Source: Candidatus Eiseniibacteriota bacterium (GTDB lineage Bacteria; Eisenbacteria; RBG-16-71-46). From it: DNA of 64,000 nucleotides. Shown here piece after piece: positions 55,638 through 64,000 of the stretch; position 1 is the first letter of the stretch; the number at the start of each line of letters is the position of its first letter. Made by a program: the position numbers and the translations under genes. The stretch covers positions 1,312,001 through 1,376,000 of the forward strand of contig CAVSAC010000012.1 of assembly GCA_963725865.1 (NCBI GenBank), in the 5' to 3' direction. Under the pieces are notes generated by a model. The model saw only the letters and a program-made list of their open reading frames with translations. It was not told where the DNA came from and made no database searches.

Positions 55638-55730
55638 CACTCTCACCTGCTGCCGGGCGTGCGCGGGGACTTCCTGGTCCGACTCGGCCGCCTCGCGGAG
55701 GCGCGCGCCGAGTTCGAGCGCGCGGGTGGG
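55638..55730 (+). pseudogene. C-terminal remnant of a DUF6596/TPR-extended ECF sigma factor
   Basis: HLLPGVRGDFLVRLGRLAEARAEFERA. Confidence 0.6.
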
Positions 55731-55850
55731 CGCCGGAAAGCGGTCGCTCCGGGACGTCCCGCGCCGCATCCAATCGTGCTTGACGAGGACCCAGCCACTC
55801 CGTACCGGGGTGGTCCCCGCTGTACTACCGATCGACACGAGGCACGCAAC

Positions 55851-56264
55851 TTGAGCGAACCGAGATTCGTCGCGACGTGGTCCTCCTGGAGCCCGCAGCT
55901 GCGCAGCGTGCTTCGGATCGTGGCCGCGTTCATGTTCATCCTGCCCGGCACGATGAAGCTGTTCGCGTTCCCGATGGGGATGCCGCCGAACGGCGGGACC
56001 GCACCGCTGATGTCCCAGATCGGGCTCGCCGGCGTGCTCGAGGTGTTCGGCGGCGCTCTGCTCCTGCTCGGACTGTTCACCCGCCCCGTCGCGTTCATCC
56101 TGTCCGGCGAGATGGCGGTGGCGTACTTCCAGGCCCACGCCCCGCACGGCTTCTGGCCGATCGTGAACGGCGGCATGAATGCCGCGCTCTACTGCTTCGT
56201 GTGGCTCTACTTCTCCGCCGCGGGCGCCGGATCGTGGAGCCTCGACGCGGCGCGAAAGCGCTAG
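55851..56264 (+). CDS. DoxX family membrane protein
   Basis: LRIVAAF...GLFTRPVAFILSGEMAVAYF...GAGSWSLD. Confidence 0.9.
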   Translation: MSEPRFVATWSSWSPQLRSVLRIVAAFMFILPGTMKLFAFPMGMPPNGGTAPLMSQIGLAGVLEVFGGALLLLGLFTRPVAFILSGEMAVAYFQAHAPHGFWPIVNGGMNAALYCFVWLYFSAAGAGSWSLDAARKR

Positions 56265-56278
56265 GTCGCGCCCGGGCC

Positions 56279-59035
56279 CTAGCGCAGCACGGTCAGTCGC
56301 CGCACCATCCGGCGCTCGCCGTCCACTTCCAGCGCCAGGAAGTAGAGCCCCGGAGTCACCGGCCCGCCGCGATCGTCGCGGCCGTCCCATGCGAGCTGGT
56401 GGGGCCCGGCCGCCAGCCGCGCGTCGACCAGCAGGCGCGTGCGACGACCCGACACGTCGAGGAGCACGAGTCGCGCGTGCTCCGCGCGCGGCAGCGCGAA
56501 CCGGAGCGAGGTCGGCCCGCGGGAAGGATTCGGACGCGCGGCCTCGAGCGCCAGTCGCGGGGCGCCGACCGAGCCCTCGACCGCCGCGGTGCCGACCGGC
56601 TCCAGGAACCAGTTCGTGAGGATCGCGGTCACGTCGCCTTGCAGCTGGGTGTGATCCCAGCGGTACGGGCGCCCCGACAGGAACGCGAAGCGTCCACCGT
56701 GCGGGCGCAGGCCGGCGCCGCCGGCGGGCTTGCGCACCGCGCCGATCCCGCGCGAGGGAGTGAAACCCGAACTGACCCGGAACAACAGCTCGCTCTCGGG
56801 GCTGGCGAGCACGGTGTCGAAAACCGCGACCAGCGACTGAGTCCCGATCGGCGTGAGGTTGGTCAGCCCGGGACGGGTCGCGATGCAGTCTGCGATCGTC
56901 GCGCTCACGATCGCCCAGTTGACGCCCAGGTACGCGCGGAGCGAGTCCCCCAGGAAGCTGTCGCCCATGCGGGACATGAGCAACAGATTTCCGCCGGCGC
57001 GCAGGTACGAGAGTGCCGGGGTGTCCTGCCACGACGCGAGGTCGCCGTTGAAGTTGTTGCCGACCCAGACCACGTTTCGATAGTGGCCGAGCACCTCCGC
57101 GGGCACCGCGCCGTGGCCGAGCGGCGCGGGAAGCGCGGCCGGGTAGCCGCCGGCGGGAGCGTCGAAGTTGTCCCAGAAGTCGACTCCGTAGGCTCCCGAG
57201 AACGCGTGATCGGTGTAGGCGGTGGTGATCTCGGTTCCGTACGTCGCCCAGTCGACCCCGTTCACCAGCAGCACCGGGCGCTCGAACGTCGGATCCGAGA
57301 CGGCGGTCTCGAGGCTCTTGAGGATCCAGCCGTCCGGGTCGATCGCCACCAGCGTCGGCGCGTCGGCGACGTGCAGCACGAAGTCCTGGGACGCCAGCGA
57401 GTCGTCCACGACGAACGGGACGTCCCCTCCCGCCGTGGTCACTCGTACGTCGACGGGCATGTGGAAGCGCTGCCACGACTGGGTCTGCTCGAGCGTCAGC
57501 GTGACGTCCCAGCCGCCCGCGCCGGCCGCCGAGGTCCACGTCGCGCGATAGGCCGGGTAGTACTCGCCGTAGATCCACTGCTGGAAGAAGTCGTTCAGGT
57601 CGCGCCCCGACACGCTCTCGCAGACGTCGCGGAAGTCCTCGGTGGTCGCGCTCTGGTAGCCCCAGAGGGCGTGGTACTGCTGCAGCGAGGCGAAGAAGTC
57701 GGTGTCGCCGAGGACGTGCCGCAACATGTGCAGCACCCACGAGCCCTTGTTGTATGACAGGTTCGCGTCGAACACGCGGTTCTCGTCGGTGGCGTCGGGC
57801 ACGTACACCGTGCCGGGTCCGAGGAAGCGATTGATGTTGATGTCGGCGTGGTAGGCCGCGGGTCCGCCGTTGGCCTCGGCCCACAGTGCCTCGCCGTAGG
57901 TCGCGAACCCCTCGTTGAGCCAGATGTGGTGGAAGTCGCGGCAGGTGACGAGGTCCCCCCACCACTGGTGCGCGAGCTCGTGCGCCACCACCGACTCGTT
58001 GAACACGCCGAGGCTCGTGCAGGTCTGGTGCTCCATGCCGCCGCCGAACTGGAACTGGGCGTGGCCGTACTTCTCGGCGAGGAACGGGTACTCGCCGAAG
58101 TGGACCGCGTAGGCCGCGATCATGTCCTTCACCTTCGCCTGCACCGCGGCCGCCCCGGCGGCGGACTCGGGGTAGTTGTGGAACCGGATCAGCATCGAGT
58201 CACCCGGCGTCGGCCGGTACCAGTCGTCGGTCACGGTGTACGGATAGGCCGCGATCGATACCAGGTAGGTCGCGATCGGGTAGCGCTCGTGCCACTGCGT
58301 GACGGCCTGGGAGGTCCCGCCGATCAGGGTGCGGCCGACGAGCGTGCCGTTCGAGACTGTCGTGAGCGTGTTCGGAGTCGTGAATCGCACGTCGACCGAG
58401 TCGGCCTTGTCCTCGGGCGCGTCCTTGCACGGCCACCACGTGCGGGCGCCGTACGCCTCGGACAGGCTCCAGATCAACTGCCGGCCGTTGACGGTCTGGA
58501 ATCCCATGTAGCCCGACTGGGCGGGATTGCCGTGATAGGTGACGGTCACGTCGACGAGCTCGCCATCCGCGTACGCGCGATCGAGATTCAGCGTCAGCAC
58601 GTTGAGAGCGCGCGACCACGTCGTCGCCGCGCCGCCCGCGGTGGCGGCATCCACCACCATGTTGGCGTAGAGGTCGAGGTCCACCGTCGCGATCGGCCCG
58701 CCAACGACCGCGGCCTTCATGCGCACGGTGCCCGACACCGTGCTGCTGGCCGGCGTGAACGTCAGGTTCAGGTCGTACCACTTCGCGTCGTACTGGAGCT
58801 GGTTGGCGGTCGCGGGCGTCGCCGCGCTGCGCTCGCGGGCGAAGGCCGCCGCCTTCCAGGCCGCGAGGTAGGGCGCCACGTCGGCCTCGTCGCGGATCTC
58901 CTGGCGCCCGTCGGGCAGCGGCGGGAACAGCACGGGAGCGGCGAGCGCGGTCGACGCCACGCTCGCGAGCGCGATCAGGGCCGACAGCGTGGCGACGCGC
59001 AGGGCGGATGGGGCGGTGCGATGGGTGCGACGCAT
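56279..59035 (-). CDS. Secreted M1 family aminopeptidase with FlgD-Ig tail
   Basis: GGMEH, HELAHQWWG...WLNEGFATY, YNKG; PNP...WDGRDDRG...PGLYFL. Confidence 0.92.
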   Translation of the reverse strand: MRRTHRTAPSALRVATLSALIALASVASTALAAPVLFPPLPDGRQEIRDEADVAPYLAAWKAAAFARERSAATPATANQLQYDAKWYDLNLTFTPASSTVSGTVRMKAAVVGGPIATVDLDLYANMVVDAATAGGAATTWSRALNVLTLNLDRAYADGELVDVTVTYHGNPAQSGYMGFQTVNGRQLIWSLSEAYGARTWWPCKDAPEDKADSVDVRFTTPNTLTTVSNGTLVGRTLIGGTSQAVTQWHERYPIATYLVSIAAYPYTVTDDWYRPTPGDSMLIRFHNYPESAAGAAAVQAKVKDMIAAYAVHFGEYPFLAEKYGHAQFQFGGGMEHQTCTSLGVFNESVVAHELAHQWWGDLVTCRDFHHIWLNEGFATYGEALWAEANGGPAAYHADININRFLGPGTVYVPDATDENRVFDANLSYNKGSWVLHMLRHVLGDTDFFASLQQYHALWGYQSATTEDFRDVCESVSGRDLNDFFQQWIYGEYYPAYRATWTSAAGAGGWDVTLTLEQTQSWQRFHMPVDVRVTTAGGDVPFVVDDSLASQDFVLHVADAPTLVAIDPDGWILKSLETAVSDPTFERPVLLVNGVDWATYGTEITTAYTDHAFSGAYGVDFWDNFDAPAGGYPAALPAPLGHGAVPAEVLGHYRNVVWVGNNFNGDLASWQDTPALSYLRAGGNLLLMSRMGDSFLGDSLRAYLGVNWAIVSATIADCIATRPGLTNLTPIGTQSLVAVFDTVLASPESELLFRVSSGFTPSRGIGAVRKPAGGAGLRPHGGRFAFLSGRPYRWDHTQLQGDVTAILTNWFLEPVGTAAVEGSVGAPRLALEAARPNPSRGPTSLRFALPRAEHARLVLLDVSGRRTRLLVDARLAAGPHQLAWDGRDDRGGPVTPGLYFLALEVDGERRMVRRLTVLR

Positions 59036-59151
59036 CGGGGATGGCTCCTCGCCTCGGGGCGATGGGTACGCGGGATGCGATCGCCGGCGGCGTCGCGGGC
59101 GGCGATTGTAGCATCTGTCGCTCGCGGCGAGGGGGCGTTAGGATGCCGCGC

Positions 59152-60267
59152 ATGAGCCGCATCGCTCCGTTGCTCGCCGTCCTGTTCGCCGTCGGCGTCG
59201 CGCTCGGCGCCCCGCGCCCGCTGCGCGCCGATGAGCCCCTGCCCGCGACGGCGGTCGAGCGCTTCGCCGACCTGGCGCTCGCCTGCGTCCAGCAGGAGTA
59301 CCCGAACAAGCTCGCGCACGTGCTCGCGAGCGATGCCGACGCCCTGCCTCCGCGCGCGCTGACGCCGGCCTTCTACGGGTGCTACGACTGGCATTCGGCG
59401 GTGCACGGGCACTGGCTGCTCGCGCGCCTGGCGCGACGCTACCCGGACGCCCCGTTCGCCGCGCACGCGCGCGCCGCGCTCGCCGAAAACCTGACCCCGG
59501 AGCGAATCGCGGCCGAGGTGCGCTACCTGGAGGGGCCCGGTCGCATCTCGTTCGAGCGGCCCTACGGATTGGCGTGGCTGCTCCAGCTGCACGCCGAGCT
59601 GGTGGAGTGGGACGACCCGCAGGCGCGCGAGTGGGCGGCGACCCTCGCCCCGCTCGCCCGCCTGGCCGCCCGGCGGCTCACCGACTGGCTGCCGAAGCTC
59701 TCGGCGCCGATCCGCATCGGGGAGCACAACCAGACCGCGTTCGCGCTGGGCCTCGCGCTCGACTGGGCGCACGCGGTCGGCGACACCGCGAGCGCCGCGG
59801 TCTTCACCGCGACGGTGAAGCGCTTCTACCTCGACGATCGCCGCTGCCCCGTCGACTACGAACCCTCGGGCGAGGACTTCCTCTCGCCGTGCCTGGCCGA
59901 GGCCGACGTGGTCGGCCGCGTACTGACGCCGGGCGAGTTCGCGCGCTGGCTCGATGGGTTCCTCCCCCAACTGCCACGCGACGGCCGGAGCGACTGGCTG
60001 GCGCCCGGCATCGTCACCGACCCGACGGATCCCAAGCTCGCCCACCTCGACGGCCTGAATCTCTCGCGCGCCTGGATGGCCGAGGGGATCGCGGCGCGAC
60101 TGCCCGCGCGCGATGCGCGACGCCCGGCGCTGCTGGCGATGGCGCGCCGGCATCGCGAGTCGAGCCTGCCGCGGGTGACCGGCGAGCGCTACGAGGGCGG
60201 CCACTGGCTCGGCACCTTCGCGACTTACCTCGTGACCGGGCGCGGGCTGCCCACGTCTCCGCGCTAG
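59152..60267 (+). CDS. DUF2891 family protein
   Basis: PAFYGCYDWHSAVHGHW, SFERPYGLAW, HLDGLNLSRAW, YEGGHWLG. Confidence 0.88.
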   Translation: MSRIAPLLAVLFAVGVALGAPRPLRADEPLPATAVERFADLALACVQQEYPNKLAHVLASDADALPPRALTPAFYGCYDWHSAVHGHWLLARLARRYPDAPFAAHARAALAENLTPERIAAEVRYLEGPGRISFERPYGLAWLLQLHAELVEWDDPQAREWAATLAPLARLAARRLTDWLPKLSAPIRIGEHNQTAFALGLALDWAHAVGDTASAAVFTATVKRFYLDDRRCPVDYEPSGEDFLSPCLAEADVVGRVLTPGEFARWLDGFLPQLPRDGRSDWLAPGIVTDPTDPKLAHLDGLNLSRAWMAEGIAARLPARDARRPALLAMARRHRESSLPRVTGERYEGGHWLGTFATYLVTGRGLPTSPR

Positions 60268-60322
60268 CCGGGTCGCCGCGCCCGCGTTCCGATCGGCGCG
60301 GCGCCGGCGCGCACGCGGCGGC

Positions 60323-63040
60323 CTAGCGGAGGACCGTGAGTCGCCGGACCGCGAGCGGGTGCCCGTCCACCTCGAAGCTCACGAAGTACAGCCCGGTCCC
60401 GAGCGGGCGCCCGTCCCCATCGCGCGCGTCCCAGCCCAGCTGATGGTGCCCGGCGCCGAGCCGGCCGAGCGCGATTCCGCGCATCCGCCGGCCGACCACG
60501 TCGTGAACCGCGAAGCGCACCTCGGCCTCGCGTGCGAGCGAGAACGAGAGCTGCGCGGCGCCACGCGCGGGATTGGGTCCGATCGCTTCGAACGCGGTGC
60601 GCCCGATGGAACCGGGCGCGGGTGCCGCGGCCGAGCCGGTCAGGTTGAGCTGCGCCACGAAGCTCGAGTCGTTGCCGCACGCACCGCTCAGGGCCATCCA
60701 GTAGTTGCCGTAGTCGGTGTGCGAGATGTTCCCGATCGTCAGCGTCGGCGTGTCGGCGCCGCTGATCGTGGAGCCGGTCCCGGTCGGGCCATTCACGAGC
60801 GGAGCGTCGAAGCGGTACCACTGGCAGCCGAGCCCGCCATAGCCGGCGGCCGGGGTGGCGCTGAAGGTGACATTGTCGCCCGGCTGCACCGTCACGCTCG
60901 ACGGATCGTGGGCGATCCACGGGACGCCCGTCTCGGAGAACTTCGCCCAGCGCGGTGCGGCGAGCGCGCCGCCGGCGACGAACCCGAACGCGCCGCCCGC
61001 ATGCACCTCGCCATTGGTGTAGGCCAGCGCGTACACGTTGTCGTTGGTGCCACCCGCGACGTCGTGCCAGCCGCCGTCCCAGTATGCGACGTGGCTCGCC
61101 CCGATGCCGCCCGCGCTCGTGAACTGCCCGCCGACATAGAGCCGGCTGCCGGTGGACTTCAGCGCGCGCACCGTGCCGTTGGTGCCGCCGGTGCCGAACG
61201 TGGTGTAGAACGAGCCATTCCACTGCGCCAGGTTGGGCGAGCTGTTGATGCCGGGGAAGGACCCCGCCATGACGAGCTGGCCATTGTGGACCTCGAGCGC
61301 GTAGACGACGCCGTTGAAGAATCCGCCGACCTGACTCCAGCTGGCGCCATCCCAGCGCGCGAGCCCGCCGGTCGCGACTCCGCCGGCGGTCGTGAACGCG
61401 CCGCCGGCGTAGAGGTAACCGCCGTACGACTTGAGCGCGAGCACAATGCCGTTCATGCCGCTGCCGAGCGGCTCCCACACGTCGGTGGTCTCGTTCCAGC
61501 GCGCGATGTAGTTGACCGTCGACGAGGAGGCCGTGAACGCGCCGCCGGCGTACGTGACGCTGTTGTGCCGCTCGAGCGCGTACACCCAGTTGTTGAAGCC
61601 CGCGCCCATCGGCGCCCACGCCGGCGGCGGAAACGCGACCATGCTCTGCGTCCAGCGCGCGATGCGGATGGCCGAGACGCCGCCGGCGGTGGAGAACCCG
61701 CCCGCCGCGATGAGCTCGGTCGACCCCAACACGCCCGGATAGAGGAAGGCCTTGAGCGCCATCACGGGTCCGTTCAGGCCCGTGCCGTAGGCCGAGAACG
61801 ACGCGCCATCCCAGCCGGTCAAGAAGTGCGCCGAGGGGCCGGCCGCGGTGGACTGATGGAAGTCACCACCGGCGATCAGTCGGCCGTTGAACAGCGTCAT
61901 CGCATTGACGCTGTTCGCGGTGCCGCCGCCGTACGATCCCCACTCGAAGCCGTTCCAGTGCGCGAGGCTGCTCGCGGGCTGGGCGCCCGCGTCGGTGAAC
62001 GAGCCGCCGGCCACCAGTTCGTCCGCGTATGGGAACATCGCGTAGACGCCCCCGATGATCCCGAATCCGAGCGGCTGCCAGTTGCCGCCGCTCCAGCGCG
62101 TCACCGAGCCGACGGTCTGCCCACCGGCGACGAGGAACACGCCGCCCGCGACCAACTCCCCGTTGAAGTAGCTCAGCGTGACCACGGTGTTGTCCATGCC
62201 CGCGCCCATCGCCTGCCAACTGGTGCCATTCCAGAACGCGACACGATTCGCGGCCACGCCGCCAGCGGTCGTGAAGCGCCCGCCCGCGACGATCCCGCCG
62301 TTGAAGACCTGGAGGCCGAGCACCTCGAGGTTCATGCCGCTGCCCATCGCCTGCCAGCTCGAACCGTTCCAGCGCGCGACGCGGTTGGCCGGCACGCCGC
62401 CCGCGGTGGCGAAGTAGCCGCCCGCGATGAGCTCGCTGCCGTAGACGCCGAGGCTCACGACCCAGTCGTCGATCCCACTGCCGAGGGGCTGCCACGTCGA
62501 ACCGTTCCAGCGCGCGATGTGGCTCGCGGAGCCGCCGCCCGCGTTGAGGAAGTACCCGGCGGCGATCAGCTCACCGTTGTAGACCGCCAGGGCGTAGACG
62601 TAGCTGCCCATCCCGGTGCCGAGGGACTGCCACGCGGAGCCGTTCCAACGGGCGATGTAGCTCGCGGACTGTCCACCGGCGTGGGTGAACAGCCCGCCGG
62701 CGATCAACTCGCCGTTGTAGACGGCGAGGCATCGAACCTGGTCGTCGACGCCCGTGCCGAGCGCCTGCCACTGCCCGGTCGCGGGGTCGCGGGCGGCGAC
62801 GCGGTTCGCGGCCACCCCCTCGATCGTGGTGAACGAGCCGGCCGCCACCAGCATCGACGGCTTCGGCCCGCCACCGTCGGGATCCCACGCCATCAACGCC
62901 TGCACGGGATTGTTGGTGCCGTTCGCGCCGCCGGCGCCGGCGAAGGGCATCGTCAGCCAGTTCGCGCACTGCGCTCGGGCGCCGACGGCTCCGAGCAGCA
63001 GTCCGCACGCCATCACGACCGCCGAGAATCGCAAGCTCAT
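60323..63040 (-). CDS. Secreted repeat beta-propeller protein + Ig domain + FlgD-Ig tail
   Basis: About 14 repeats VxALxVYNGELIAGGxFTxAGG...IARWNGSxW; Ig domain; WDARDGDG...GLYFV. Confidence 0.85.
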   Translation of the reverse strand: MSLRFSAVVMACGLLLGAVGARAQCANWLTMPFAGAGGANGTNNPVQALMAWDPDGGGPKPSMLVAAGSFTTIEGVAANRVAARDPATGQWQALGTGVDDQVRCLAVYNGELIAGGLFTHAGGQSASYIARWNGSAWQSLGTGMGSYVYALAVYNGELIAAGYFLNAGGGSASHIARWNGSTWQPLGSGIDDWVVSLGVYGSELIAGGYFATAGGVPANRVARWNGSSWQAMGSGMNLEVLGLQVFNGGIVAGGRFTTAGGVAANRVAFWNGTSWQAMGAGMDNTVVTLSYFNGELVAGGVFLVAGGQTVGSVTRWSGGNWQPLGFGIIGGVYAMFPYADELVAGGSFTDAGAQPASSLAHWNGFEWGSYGGGTANSVNAMTLFNGRLIAGGDFHQSTAAGPSAHFLTGWDGASFSAYGTGLNGPVMALKAFLYPGVLGSTELIAAGGFSTAGGVSAIRIARWTQSMVAFPPPAWAPMGAGFNNWVYALERHNSVTYAGGAFTASSSTVNYIARWNETTDVWEPLGSGMNGIVLALKSYGGYLYAGGAFTTAGGVATGGLARWDGASWSQVGGFFNGVVYALEVHNGQLVMAGSFPGINSSPNLAQWNGSFYTTFGTGGTNGTVRALKSTGSRLYVGGQFTSAGGIGASHVAYWDGGWHDVAGGTNDNVYALAYTNGEVHAGGAFGFVAGGALAAPRWAKFSETGVPWIAHDPSSVTVQPGDNVTFSATPAAGYGGLGCQWYRFDAPLVNGPTGTGSTISGADTPTLTIGNISHTDYGNYWMALSGACGNDSSFVAQLNLTGSAAAPAPGSIGRTAFEAIGPNPARGAAQLSFSLAREAEVRFAVHDVVGRRMRGIALGRLGAGHHQLGWDARDGDGRPLGTGLYFVSFEVDGHPLAVRRLTVLR

Positions 63041-63373
63041 GGCTGCCTCCGTGGGCTCCGAGGTCCGCTCGCGCGGAGGGGATGAGGCGCGGGTCCGAGT
63101 CGCCCCGTGCTCTCCTCCGTACGTTCGGGCGGGCGCGGGCGAACATCCGGCGCGCGCGCGGGGCTGTCGCCGCGCCCGAGATCGTCCGCATGGCCGGTGA
63201 TGGAAGGCCGTGCGCGCGGTCGCCCCGGGACGCGCCTGGGTGGATCCCCCGACCGGAGCCGCGAGCCGGGACAGAGGCGGCCGGTCGCTCGCGTAACGGT
63301 CGAGTTCCTGCCGGCATCGTGTTGCACGACAGATCACTGGCCGGCAGCGCCGCGGGGGCGGCGGAGTTCCCCC

Positions 63374-63818
63374 TCAGGGCAGCAGGCGTCCGCGAAAGCG
63401 CCGGCTGAGCTTGAGCACGGCACCGTCGTCGAGCACCACGTCGCAATCGCCGTGGGTGGACGGGATCACCTCGCGCACGCAGTCGAGGCGCACCAGCATG
63501 CCGCGGTGGATGCGCGCGAACCGCGCCGGGTCGAGCCCCGCCTCCAGCTCGGCCAGCGTCGCGCGCACGAGGTGGGTGGCGCCGCGGGCCGGACACGCCG
63601 CCGCCCCCGCGCACGTGATCCAACAGCGCCGAAAGGCGCGGGACCCTCGCGCTCCGCGCCGCGCGTGGCGCTCGTGGGCGCTCGCTCACGACCAGCTCGA
63701 TCGCGGCGGCGGGGGTGCCGGCCTCACCCACCACGCGCACGTCGTCTTCGTGCGCGAGCCACAGGCGCAGGCCTTCGCGCGCGACGGGCTCGTCGTCGAC
63801 GATCGCGACACGGATCAC
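63374..63818 (-). pseudogene. LytTR response regulator with internal deletion and frameshift
   Basis: IRVAIVDDEPVAREGL...ERP then LDPARFARIHRG...LKLSRRFR; only 445 nt, phosphoacceptor region absent. Confidence 0.7.
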
Positions 63819-63915
63819 GCCGGCACTCGCGCGGACGCGTCGATTCGCCACGGCAAACGCAACCGCACCTCGCCGCCCCCGCCGGGTCGCCGCAGGCGGC
63901 CCCTGTCGCGGACTC
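63815..63915 (-). pseudogene. C-terminal remnant of a LytS-type histidine kinase
   Basis: VRDRG...PGGGGEVRLRLPW...*; GTGA overlap with the response regulator start. Confidence 0.45.
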
Positions 63916-63964
63916 GCGGGGCCGTGTACGCTCCCCGCGACCCCGCCGGTGGAGGAAGCGAACC

Positions 63965-64000
63965 GTGAGTCAGCGCAGCAAGACCTACTCGGGCGAGAAC
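63965..64000 (+). CDS. Start of a gene running off the window (MSQRSKTYSGEN)
   Basis: GGAGGA RBS followed by GTG. Confidence 0.4.
   Translation, partial: MSQRSKTYSGEN

Noticed and set aside
54792..57965. Long alternative-frame ORFs (also 26730-29207, 60359-63085, 51265-53763, 6383-8755)
   Set aside because: Arg/Ala/Gly-rich shadow ORFs overlapping well-supported genes, expected in high-GC DNA

Overview
A very GC-rich bacterial accessory region. I found no rRNA, tRNA, CRISPR array or intact mobile element. The gene content suggests a Candidatus Eisenbacteria-like, FCB-related lineage (inference only): secreted FG-GAP/Ig/beta-propeller proteins with FlgD-Ig/T9SS-like tails, proteins ending in a (T/S)WGx(I/L)KxxYR-type motif, and five Hanks-type kinases. 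Many single-base frameshifts look like long-read consensus errors. Main observations: (1) a CHAT (caspase-like) protease, ECF sigma and zinc anti-sigma module, with a TGTGAC-N16/17-CGTTC promoter motif upstream of the sigma and of 2-3 secreted-protein genes, i.e. a candidate protease-triggered regulon; (2) two distinct C-terminal sorting-like tails; (3) at least eight genes with a -10 box 6-8 nt before the start codon (leaderless architecture); (4) about a dozen short gene remnants and internally deleted genes between intact genes; (5) an apparent S8 protease-PHP metallohydrolase fusion, a chrB cluster with an MFS transporter instead of ChrA, a PlpD-like patatin-Omp85 protein and a katA-aqpZ pair. 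Family assignments come from motif recognition by eye, not database searches.
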